This document shows positions 11,918-23,802 of a DNA stretch of 64,000 bases, one piece after another. Position 1 is the first letter of the stretch. Every line of letters starts with the position of its first letter. Origin of the DNA: Dimorphilus gyrociliatus (lineage: Eukaryota; Animalia; Annelida); NCBI GenBank assembly GCA_904063045.1, contig CAJFCJ010000018.1, positions 620,001 to 684,000 on the forward strand, written 5' to 3'. The notes under the pieces are model-generated. The model did not search any database. It had not been told where the DNA came from and worked only from the letters and a program-made list of their open reading frames with translations. Position numbers and translations under genes: made by a program.

Positions 11918-14700
11918 TTTTTAAAAAAATTTCATGTTACTTACCTAGCTTTTGTCGAGTTTAAGTTGTTGCTTTTAATATGCATATTCGAAAAAAAAGA
12001 CACAAAGTACACGAATATTTATATCTATTTGAATTTCTCAATTTTTTAGAGTTTGCACTAATGTTATTGTATTCCCTTTTGTCATATGACAGATTGAAAA
12101 CGTTTAATTGGAAAAAAAATATTTAGTCTCGACTAATTCTGCTAATGTTCATTGGGAATTATTTAATATCTTACTCTAACAATATATCACCTTATGATAT
12201 AAGCGTTCCCTTACAAAATAGTATAATACCCTTGGAGAAAATAAATCGTGTAAAATTCGAGCAAACAAAATGAACCAATCAACGACTTGATTACAAACAC
12301 ATTCCCATGACCTCAATAGATCAAATGTGCTTATTGGCTGACAAATATTTTTGTTTGTTCGTAATGGGATAATGGGCTCTGAGGGTATGGCAAACCGTTG
12401 GTGGTCGTTAGGTTTTGTTACTCATTATTGCCTGGTATTGCTGAACGAAATACCAGCTCTACCGAGTAGTCAGAACCACCCAGACACATATACTCTCGAA
12501 ATAAACACGCTTTTATGTATTGTTATGCAAATTAGTTTCAGTCTAGCCGTCACACTTCAATATGGCGATTCGTGTTACTTTATATTCGAAAAGAAGACGG
12601 TATTGTGGGAATTCGTTTCGATGCTGAATCGTATCATATATTCATTTCAATTATACTTCGTTTAGATCGTTCTTGCACGTAAATATATACCATGAATATT
12701 TTATAAATACTGCTTCTGCCAGGTATGTGATATGAAGTTTTTTTTTTATGTACAGCTTCTTTGTCATCTTGTTTTATTACAGAATAGTTTATAAATTACT
12801 TTAAAAAATATTTTTCCATTTTCCCTCTCTATTATTTCTTTTGCTTTTCTTTCTTATCGAATATTCAAAGGCTAAACGTGATTTATTTCCACTTTTTTGA
12901 CGGAAGCTGAAAAGTATACACTGTATCGAAAAATCGAGAAAAAAAAGAACAATTCTCCAAGTGCTTGTCAATCAATTCGATCAAAGGATAAGTACGCTTT
13001 GCCGTGATCTTTTCCTGTCGCCGAGTGCCCTTCAACTCCCGCCGCGTTTCATTTGTTCTGTCCCTTTAACAAACACTTCGTAAATAGGTCGTATTTATGG
13101 CTCTTTTTTTTGTCATGGCGTCTACATGAATGTAGGCATCCGCCAACTGTTAAACAGAATGCTGATCGTGAATAGTTAAGCTTTTATAGCGTTAAAGTTC
13201 CAGTATTTCTAAAGACTTAAGAAGTCAATAGCAACGAGCTTTCACCTTGTAGTTAAAGAAAACAATTCATCTTTTAAATTGATCGACAACTGATAAAGAT
13301 TTTATTCAAGGGTGTTTAAGATATTCTAGACGACAATTATATTCAGGGATCGGTAATATATATGACGTGTAATTCTATGCAAATTATTACGTAAGGCTAA
13401 ACCTTTATTCCGTTGGGTTATTCAAGTGTAGTTTTCGGTTGAAATTACTAGTTGAATGACATGCAGAAATATATTGTGTAATTATATGGAGAGCCGGTCA
13501 GATAAAAGGACTGGCAGGAATAATAATTAAATCCCACCAACAGGTATTTTATTAAAAAGCAATTCTATTATTTCAGCTTTGGTGTATGTAATGATAATGG
13601 CAATAACAATAATAATAACAACCAGCTTTGCCAAAAATAGTTTGGATTCGGAAAGGGTTGCATAAAGACAACGTCAACTGAATGAAAAATAAACGATAGT
13701 ATTGATCTGTCGTTCAAACTCAGCCAGCTAAATCGGGCGAGGTAAAAAGGCAGGTGCCATAGCTTTAAACGGTGTCGGTGACATGTAAACACCCAGTTTG
13801 TTTACTATGTAAAAGATCTGTGAAAGGAGCTGACTTTTGGTCAAGATGGCTTTTTTCGCTCTTGGATGAGGTCGCTGAGGTCGGATTTCATTTACTCTTC
13901 AATTTTTCTTAAATCCAGCACTTAAAACAAAGTAACGAACACCCGACCTTTTGGTACCAAAGCGTTAACCCTTTATTTTCTCATTTATATAAAGAATCGT
14001 CTATTAATGGATCGAAATATCCCCCTCTTTTTTTCAAGGATTTTCACTTTTAAAGGGACTTTACTCTAAGGCTGAGAATAACAATAATTTGTTTTACGTA
14101 ATGATGACGTAATGCAATAAAACTGCAACAGCTGACGCAGGACTTGTCAAACCGAACTGCAGTACAGTGATATTGTTTGTTCAGCTTTGTTCGCACTTTG
14201 TCTATGCTCTTATCTTGCTTATCTATAGGATAGAGTCTGTATACTTTTATTCAACGATAATGAAAATTTTGCTGAGGGAAAGTAAATGAAATATTTTACG
14301 ATAAAATCACGACATTGAGAATTTCTCCCAGTTCCATTGTATAGGCCTGCCTACAAGAGCATTAGCATACACTAAAGTATTTGTTGACTTATTACATCAT
14401 TTATCTAAACGGTCCCACCGCTGGCTTTGTTGCAAAAGTTTCTGTATTTATTCAACGTCGCCCAATCAATTTTCAATCTGGTTTTTCTTCCGTAGAAGCG
14501 AAGCGTTATGTTAAAAGTTTAACAATTGTTACTTTTAAATAACAATGTTTTTCCTTTTATAAATTTATTAGATGTATTTATGTTGTTTCTATCAGAACAG
14601 TAAATTGTCCTCAAAATAATACTAATTAATCTTACAGTTTGTATCAAAATATAAATAACCTCCTGTACACAGCTTATAGTTATCAGGAGAAGACATACGC

Positions 14701-14715
14701 ACAGACACAGACACA

Positions 14716-14770
<55 letters not shown>

Positions 14771-14781
14771 TTATTTATTTA
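14701..14781. repeat. Compound microsatellite (ACAGAC)3-(AT)~24-(TTTA)n
   Basis: Directly visible tandem repeats between Hox2 and Hox1. Confidence 0.95.
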
Positions 14782-15539
14782 TATGTATATATACTGTATA
14801 TATATATATACACTTGTATATACACTACCGGGTATATGAAATATCCCGTAGATGAACTGAGCGTTATATACAGTATAAACGAATGAATAAAAATATAATT
14901 ATAAGAATGCTCCGTTGCTTGTAAAATATTGATGAATATAAATATATATTAACATTTAAGGAAAACTATACCTTTATCTATATAAACATATAGACTATTA
15001 CTTAAAATCAGTTAAGTAAAACTGAGTCCTTTCAAAGCACGATCTCATTGTAGTATTCAGTATTCTTCATTCTACTATTATTATATTAAGAAATTATTGA
15101 AATAAAGGGGTTAAAGCTAGTGTATTGTAAGGAAATTTATCGATGTATGAGTCTAACCCAAGAGTTTTGCTGATAATAATAAATGTACACAATTATATTA
15201 TGGATATGCGCAAAATAATTTATAAGATTTTTTTACTAGCGATTCTTCTTTGTGCGCATATTTACCACTTAATCTCATAGATTTTGATATAACTATAATG
15301 CTGTATACATGCTATTCTTATAAATTCTACGTATTCCCATCACCTGATCGAACTACTATATCGATCGCCTTCAGCGTTGCTATAGAAACGCTTAGTTTAG
15401 TATTTTAGAAAACTTTTATAAATTGCTTAAATACCTGTTATTTATATAAACTAAATAGAGAAAAATTAAAAATTAGACCGGTCAACTAGAGAACAAAATT
15501 TTCGAGTTATAAAACCCGCAAGAATTGATCGCGTTTGTG

Positions 15540-15561
15540 ATTGGCTACCGTAGATCACGTG
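15540..15561 (+). promoter_or_regulatory. ATTGG-N11-CACGTG module of Hox1
   Basis: ATTGG 15540-15544, CACGTG 15556-15561, 74 nt upstream of the Hox1 ATG. Confidence 0.7.
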
Positions 15562-15635
15562 ATGACCGTAATACAGAGCGTTGATCAAAACGATTTTCAC
15601 ATTTGTTCTCATGCCGTTCCACTTGCCACTGGACG

Positions 15636-18081
15636 ATGAATTCGCAAACCACCGAATATTCTCTGTGCAATCTAGACTCTTCTAGTCATAATTATGCTGT
15701 TTCAGCTTTCACTGAAGCAAATTGCTATTATTCAGCGTCAGAAGGTAATGGGGGACATTTCGAACATTACGATGGAACTTATGGAGGACATTTCGGACCG
15801 AATGATTTTTATTTTCCTAGTCAAAACGAATCATGTGCACCCAGTCATGGACCGTCAAATTTCTGTTCTTTTTCTCCTTCCTCTGCTGGCAATGAGGCCT
15901 CAAAGTTGGGAGCATCTAGTGAAAACCAACAACAGAATGACCAAGCTGCAACTTACAAATGGATGACTGTGAAAAGGAGCAATCCTAAAACTAGTAAGTC
16001 TAAAAGATCATTCAAATTTAGCCGTTTTAAATTTCTAGAACAAATTACCATATTCTCACTATATATTTACGGTTGAACGACCCAGTTTCTATTAATTGAA
16101 TAGAGCGCGCGCGAGTCACGACTATTCAATTTTCTTAAAGGATTTTTACCATATATTTTTTTATATAAAAGCTTTTACCATAATTTTCTATATAACTTTA
16201 CGAATATCACGAGATTTCATGATCAAACTAAAATCTGTGTAGCATCCGTGCATTAAGGACAATATAACGTAATGATAACCTAGCGTGACCGTCTATGACA
16301 AAAGCCATATCCCTAAAGTTTTATTCTTTTACAACATGCAGGAATTTTCTTTCAGATCCAAAGTATACCTAGCCTATTATAAACACCATATATATATATA
16401 TATATATACCATATTTAAATTTGTATATAAACGTATAGTATTATATATATTAGTCTATATATATATATACTCGTATAGTATATGCATGTGAATCTTCTGA
16501 TATATATACATATACAAGTATATATTCTCTCATATAGTGTTTATATTTATGAATAAATATCTTCATATAGTGTTATTGGTTTGTAAACCTTTAAAAACTT
16601 GGCAAATAGGATAAATCCTGTTCTTATTAGGTTTAAGAGTAAAGGCTATAATACAGCAGCCAAAAAAAAATCTTGTGGGAAAAAAACTTGTTGTAATTAC
16701 ATAAATATAAAACTATATAATCGTATAGAGCACGATTGGCTCCTCACATTTTATGAGTACATTTTTGGAATAAGGACAAGGAAATAGAACTGCAGCTCAT
16801 CCAAGCCAACGAGAATATTGTAATTTAAATAAACGATGACAAGAAATTATCGGTGGTCAAAGATAGAGTCTATCTATTTCTAAAATCTAATGCTAAGAAA
16901 GAAGAGCTTATGATCTCTTGATGATATTTTACTACGAGGAATATCAGATCTTTTATAAGAGAGAAAAAATGCAAATAGATAAACACAGGATAGATTTCGT
17001 TGTATAGTTTCCGTTGCAATTTGAAAGTAAATATAAATAGAAACACGTGTTTGCATATTGACGGTATCTATGCCCTGAAAACCCCTTCAAATGGCTTACA
17101 CATGTTTGTAAATAGTAGAAAAGAAGAAAAAAAAATAGAGCAGAACTTCTGTAACCTCTAAGTATATAGAAAACATCGTAGTAATAGAAATTAACTGTAC
17201 AATAAGACGCGTATGCAAATAGATGCAAATCTTGAAAAACAAGCGGCTTAACGCTTTAGCGTCGCGTTTCAGAAAAATTATGAAATATATTAAACGCTTT
17301 AGCGTCGACGCGCAAAAAGAAGCCTGAAAAAATTCTTTGTTGCAAAACTAGTGATTTATAGCTGCTTCTTCATCACTGTCCTCTTTTGTTGCAACACCTG
17401 CGGTCATTGTTTTTTGCAAGACTTTCACCCTTGCGCTATTTTGACCTTTTTTTCAAAAGTATGGACTATTTGATATATAGATCGCGACATTGATCAAAAC
17501 ATTCCAAAGATTGATCATGTGGCAGTCTATTTCCTGTTTTCTGATTGACACGAGATGGGCGGAGTTTTTGAATAGCAGCATGCAATTAGCGGTAAAGAAT
17601 CACCTTTCGTCTGATTGTTGCTTTGTCAGAAATGAAAATTTAAAAAAAAAATAAAAAACAACTAGGTTTATTCTCGCCGTAAAACGAAATCTAATTATAG
17701 CGAAAGTTTTATAAATATTTCAGATAAGTCGGCAGATTACAGCGGTGGCTACCCACCAGCCCAGTCTCAGCCGAATATGGGACGAACGAATTTTACGAAT
17801 AAACAACTAACTGAATTGGAAAAAGAGTTTCACTTCAATAAATATTTAACGAGGGCCAGGAGGATCGAAATTGCCGCAGCTTTAGGTTTAAATGAAACAC
17901 AAGTAAGTATGAATTATTATAGTTTAAACAAAATTTAACAGATAACGACCTTCTCCAGGTAAAAATATGGTTTCAAAATCGGCGAATGAAGCAGAAAAAA
18001 AGATTAAAAGAGACTGGTTTAACTATGAACGACGTTGCGGAAACCGCTCAGTCCTTATCGTGCGATGACCATAGCAGATAG
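15636..18081 (+). CDS. Hox1: Homeobox protein Hox1/labial (3 exons, ~219 aa)
   Basis: Exons 15636-15993, 17724-17902, 17959-18081. N-terminus MNS..EY, hexapeptide TYKWMTVKR, homeodomain [42 protein letters not shown]|[15 protein letters not shown] with the labial-type intron after Q44. Confidence 0.97.
17250..17307. repeat. 15-bp exact direct repeat AACGCTTTAGCGTCG (2 copies) in Hox1 intron 1
   Basis: Copies at 17250-17264 and 17293-17307, each containing the inverted repeat ACGCT-TT-AGCGT. Confidence 0.85.
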
Positions 18082-19184
18082 ATGGCACACTTATCGGACT
18101 AATATATACAAAAAAAACGATAAGAGAACCAAAAATGTGATTTGTGCAAAAAGAAACACTTTCTCACTCATTTAAAATGTCCTTGATTTTTTTGCCTCGC
18201 AATTTTTTGCGGTTGGCTGTGTCATGTTTGTCATTCATAAGTAGTCACTTAAAATTCTAGGTGTTCCAATGAAATTTACATCTAATAATATATAAGATCA
18301 ATTTTGATTATTTATTTATTTATTGAAACTTGTAAATATGTGTATATTATATCCCATAGAGTTATATATATATTTACATGTACATAAATGTTGTCCAGTT
18401 TGAATCTCTACACAAACTTCTAGTCATTTCGCTCAACGAAAAAATATATATTTATGTGCATATTTATGTGTTCCAGTTTTTTCCTTTCTTTTGCTTGCAA
18501 AAAATTTTTTTTTTGAAATACAAACATTTGCGGTGCATGCACAAAAGAGAAATAAAAAGAAAGGCCTACACAATGAAAACATCCATCACTCAGCCTCCGC
18601 GCAACATGACAGTTAGCTTTCCGGACTTTCTGCACAATTTCGCGTCTTTTATTCCAAATCTCGTTTCGAATTTATTGAGAGATTTATTTAGCAAATTGCA
18701 TAGATAGGTTATAGTACATATTCGGTTTCCAAATGTTGATAAAAATTTTAATAATAGAATCCTAGCCTCTTTTTTCCCTCTGTAATTCTATATAAGATAC
18801 GCTATTAATATAAACTAACTAGATTATTTTATCTCTGTACTCAAGCTATAAGGATTTTTTATTGCGGATCTTATGAAGAATTGACAGCGTCATTCAAGTC
18901 ATAAAATTGTCGTAAAACACGTAACTGAAGAAAGCTACTGACGTAATATACGGCTATATGAAACAGTAGTTTCGACTTTAAAAGTTTTTCCTCAGTTTCT
19001 GACCCTTAACCTTTTCTCTATTCTTTTAAATAGTAAAGTTTTGAAATACTGTTTAATGTCAGTTGTAAATGCTTTTTGTTAAATTTAACATTTTCTTTGG
19101 TTTCAATAACAAGTTATATTATAGGACGGGAGAAAACGCCTAAGGGAATGAAGTAGTATAACATCTGGTTTCATCCAGAAGAAT

Positions 19185-19734
19185 ACGCCACCTGCGAATC
19201 AAAGGCGTCATCTATCGTGTTTCTATGACACTTCTCATTTAAACTTTTTAATTACATTATCTTGGGAATTCATTTTATGATTTATATAAGATAAATTTAT
19301 GTTTCCAGAGTCCTGTTAGATGTCATCCACTGTATAAAAAACAGCAATCAATCAGAAAAAAGCGGGTATTCAAACATTTACCAAAATTTAAATGAACAAA
19401 ATATTTAACAATATTTAGAAGAAGGAAGTTATTATAGATGTTGTTTTAGAAAGAGAACGAATGTCTTGAAACTGTCCATATTAGATTGGAACAATATCAA
19501 TCATTCTAACTTTGGAGAAGATACAAAAAATTGTAATTAGAATCTCAGCTTTTCCATACTTTTTTAATGTCTTTTATATTAAGTAATAAACTTATGTTCT
19601 ATTCGATCGTTATTTTTAGCTTTAGTAAATAAAAATTGATTTATTTAAGAATAAAGAAATAAATATGGCAGATGTCAAAATATAGATGGCGCTACTATAG
19701 AGAGTATTTATAAACCTACCCCGAAGATGGCGTA
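19185..19734. promoter_or_regulatory. Cluster of CTCF-like motifs 3' of Hox1 (candidate boundary)
   Basis: CGCAGGTGGCGT (-, 19185-19196), TAGATGGCGCTA (19683-19694), CCCCGAAGATGGCGTA (19719-19734). Partial matches to CCASYAGRKGGCRS; they also resemble YY1 sites. Confidence 0.35.
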
Positions 19735-20711
19735 AGGGATTTTTTGTTTACTACTCTTGGAGCATGCGCAATAAATATGCTTGAAAATATACAAATATAA
19801 ATGTTGTCAAGAATTGCTTTGGAATTCGTTTCATTTAAATTGTAAAGTCCAAAATTTAAGTTTTTCTTTATGCCATAAAGTTGTCTTCAAAAAATAAATA
19901 GCTTTAGTGAGAACTCTTTTGATCAATATTTAGGTCAGATCAACTTCATCAAATGGTACCCATAGAATTGGTCCCACGTGATCAAATATGCTGAAAAAGG
20001 TTACCACGCATGCGCTCTAGGTAGAGGCGCAAAAATATGCGCAGAAAAATCAATTTTCATTCTATATGCGCAGACGCATAGGTCATTTCTAAATCTTAAC
20101 CTAGTTACGCAAAACAGTGTTATTTATTTTAATAGAAGAAAATTTAACGTGCGTATCTGAAAATTAGAATGAGGAACCGTCTTACGAAAATGACAATGAA
20201 GCAGTGCTGCCACTCTGTGGGTAGGTTTCAAACTACTCCTGTAAACAAACAATACGGAAACGGAGTTACATTAACCGTTTAAAATTCTTTTGTCAACATT
20301 TATTACAAAGTAAAATTGTCGTGGCCGTAAACAGTCAAAGAGAATACATACACTAATAACAGAAAATATTTTTTTTACAAGTAAAACCCAAATATACAAC
20401 GCAATATATATGTACACACCCATTTACTGAAGTTTATACAACATAATCAGTCACAGGTCTCGCCTTCATTATGTAGAAAAAAAATCGATTACAATAATAA
20501 AGACAAAGCAAGAAACATGCTCTAAACGCGTTTCTATAACTGCAGGTTACTAAACATCGGCGTTTCTTGTTATTATTATTTTTCATATCACATGAGTCTG
20601 CGTTCTATTTAGTTCACCATCTCTCCTGTATATATACACGAAGCTAAATAGACTCAAGAAATGACGGTCAAGTATTATATTCTACAGCAACAGGGGAATG
20701 TTCCTAATTTT

Positions 20712-23700
20712 CTATCTTTTACTCTTGCTAGGTTGTTTTTTTCTGATCGTCGAGTTTGACTTTAAACGGTTCCTGCTGGATTTTGCACTTGTAGGAGTTG
20801 ATTTCATGTCCAAACTCCCATAACTGCGCATTAATGTTTCTTCTTCATCTGTTTCTGTTTCAGAGTCAATCGTTCGATTTTCAGTTGAAGACTCTACTGT
20901 AACATGATCGGCCATATCCTCATCATCATCATCTTCATCTCCATCATTTGCATCGCAGCAAGGTACAACATTATTTACTGATTTAAAAGGGCTATATTCT
21001 TCCTCGTCTGAAGAAACAAAATCCAGTCTTGCTCCCGAAACTCTTGAAGGAAGTTTGACTTGACTTGTTTCCATGGTATTAGCTGTATTTGTCATTGCTG
21101 CATCAATGTCCTTCATTTCTTGATACTCTTCCTCTTTTAAAGGAAACGTTCTTGATGTAAAAGGGGTTGTGTCATATGGTCGTTCTTCATTCAAAACATT
21201 TCCATTCTCAATTCTTTCCGTCATTTCCTGACTGTTTTCATTGGAAAGTGACACTGGTTCATCATTCGTATCATCACCTTCTAATGTTGATTGTCTCCCA
21301 CTTAGAGAAGGTCTTCGAGCATCTGTTCCTGCGGACAATCTCGAAAACTTTTGCCTTTCTAGTTCTTCTTGATCAATTAAGAGCTTTTCAAATCTTTCAT
21401 TAGATGAATTGTCAGCAAAATATTCATCCTCTGTACGTTTGCCATTTAGAGATAGATTACGGAATTTCACGGGAGAGTTTGTAGACATCACGTCCACCTC
21501 CTCTTCCTCTCCTGAGCTCTTTCGGCGTTTCTCTTCCGGAGGAAACACTTCTTCATCGCTAAAACCATTTTTAACCTCATCAAATTTTTTCCATAGCGGA
21601 ACTGAAATTTCCTTATAGTTCAAACGCTCCAAACGAGTGCAAGCAGCCATATGATGAGGAATCACAATATTATTAATGTCGAAAGCACTTTCTTTTCGTG
21701 ATGCGCTACTAGAACTTAATCGTGATCTGTTTATGTGGCTAGGAGTATGGCAATCATCGTTGAAGCTTTCCCTTTGTTCACCTGACGAATCGACTCGTCC
21801 TGTGTAAGAAATAGAATATTAGTTATCATATTGTGTTTCCAATTACACAGCAAGTCCTTACCAATCGATTTTGGAAGGGAAGAACTTTTATGGAAATTTT
21901 TGTTCCGCCAATTCTTAACTGCATCTTTTCCATATTTATTTCGTATTTTCATAGCGACTGAATTCGCTTTAGAATTGGCTCCCACTGTTCTTCGAATTTT
22001 GTCTTGTCTATTCTTTCGTCTGTTAATATCAAAATAGATAATTTGCAAACGAGAAACAAATATAAAAATACTTTTTGTCGGTTGTTGTTGAGTTGGCTAG
22101 CAGTAAATCCCTTTTCACTGCACTCTGGAACTTTCTATATTTTCCAGATCTCTGTAGTTCGTTAAACACTAAAGGAGCAGCAATATCTTGGTTTGTTCCC
22201 AAAACAGGATGATATGCTTGATCTAGAAGAGATATTCTAACTGGTCGTGATTGTCTACTGGGAGAAACCGAATCTTTATGATTTCGACGTCCATTACAAA
22301 CAAGACACACTGATGGAGCCGTTTTATGTGATGCACCGTATTGATACGTTTCATTAAACGTCAAACAGCGGCAATTTATCGTTGATAATCGATTCGCTCT
22401 AAGACGAATCAACGGCAATTTTTCGTTGGAAGTATTGGAAACGTCGCAAGTCCTTATTAATTTCCGGTTTTTGAGCAATGGTTGCTTTAAAGTTTTATGA
22501 CGTGCACATTGTTCCGAAACATCAGATACAATAGAATAAGAGAGATGATTTCTCAATCCATTTGGAACGACCGGAACTGTTGGTTTACCGCAAATATCTA
22601 AAGGACTAAAGGACGTTTCGTTTGACGAACCTTCTTCAGCCGCCTGCTTTGCTGGTACGTTGATTATTTTACTAACGATTGCCGGCTCTTGTAGAATTAT
22701 AGGTTGTTTCTCTTTCCGACATCGCCGATACAAATCAGCATTATGGCGAACTCTATATTCAAGGTCCGATACCTGGGCACGATACCACGACCAGCGCGCT
22801 GCAACCGAGGCTCTTTCTCTACTCCATGTAAAATCCGCTCGAGAACGTCTGAAATGTTAACAAGTAAATTATTGTTGGAGTAACAGGTTTTATATACTAA
22901 AAGACTAATTAAAAACGTTGTACCTAAAAAAAAAAAGACCTTGCTGTGATTATAAACTTATACGTTTAGTGTCTTACAACTATGAAACGTATTAAATTAC
23001 TATAGAACCTTACTGTAAGATATTAAATATTTATTGATAACCTACAGACAAAAGGAATACTATTATAAGTACTGTAAAGTACTTAATTATAACAATTTAT
23101 TTTTTAAGTATAAATCTTTTTCTCTAGTAGTTAAAACTTATGATTTACTTACATGTGAATTCTTCTCATTTTAGCATAGGCTTCCAGGGCAGGATCAAAG
23201 ATATCAGTGTCGTCTGAGCTTTCGGCATCTGTTGAACTATCCGTTGCGTCTGGATCTGTTCTCTCGCGATGATGAGCAGCATAATAAGAAAGTCTTCCAG
23301 TTAATTCATCCAACCTTTCACATTGCCTCCCATCTAATTTTACAATGGGTGAATTTTCACTGTTAGATTTTTGATTTTTTTGTTGAATTCTAACAAGTTT
23401 TACAAGTTCATTTGTGGGCAAATTTTTCATTTGTCCATGCTCTAACTCCGGTTGCAACGCTTGTTGATTCAGTGAAGCAGCATTTTGTAATTTAGACTTT
23501 TGCGACTGGACGAAATGAGTCAGTTGAGAATTAATATGTGGAAGTAGCTGCTGCAACTGCAAGTTTTTTAACCGTCTACTGATCGCTTCCTGTTTCGATC
23601 GAAGTTTTCGGAGGCGAACGTCAACTGGCTCTTCCTCGACTTGGTCATTTTGAGGTCGAGATTCAACATCGTGGTTGATTTCGTTCATTTTAAATCCAGC

Positions 23701-23802
23701 TAGTTCAGAATTGAAGATTGAGGCAGAATAATATTCCAACACCTTCAATTTTATAGCTGAAGAATTATTCTTCTCAACCTCATTCGTTAGCGCTGGGGCC
23801 AT
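20712..23802 (-). CDS. KANSL1: KAT8 regulatory NSL complex subunit 1 (4 coding exons, ~890 aa)
   Basis: Exons 23802-23153, 22848-22072, 22019-21862, 21799-20712; total 2673 nt in frame. Motifs MAPALT, RWSWYRAQVSDLEYRVR, YHPVL, FDINNIVIP...TRLERLNYKEISVPLW and a PEHE-like region match KANSL1/NSL1. Confidence 0.93.

Noticed and set aside
13484-13640. Poly-Asn mini-ORF with apparent splice sites between Hox2 and Hox1
   Set aside because: The implied intron is only about 34 nt, frames close quickly, and the Asn run is an (AAT/AAC)n low-complexity tract.
14639-18707. Ile/Tyr-rich ORFs at 14639, 16285, 16953 and 18378
   Set aside because: Translations of (AT)n microsatellite or AT-rich intron/UTR sequence.
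19932-19948. AGGTCA-N5-ACTTCA 3' of Hox1, resembling the vertebrate Hox1 3' DR5 retinoic-acid response element
   Set aside because: The second half-site has C at the critical G position. A single imperfect motif is not supportable without binding data.
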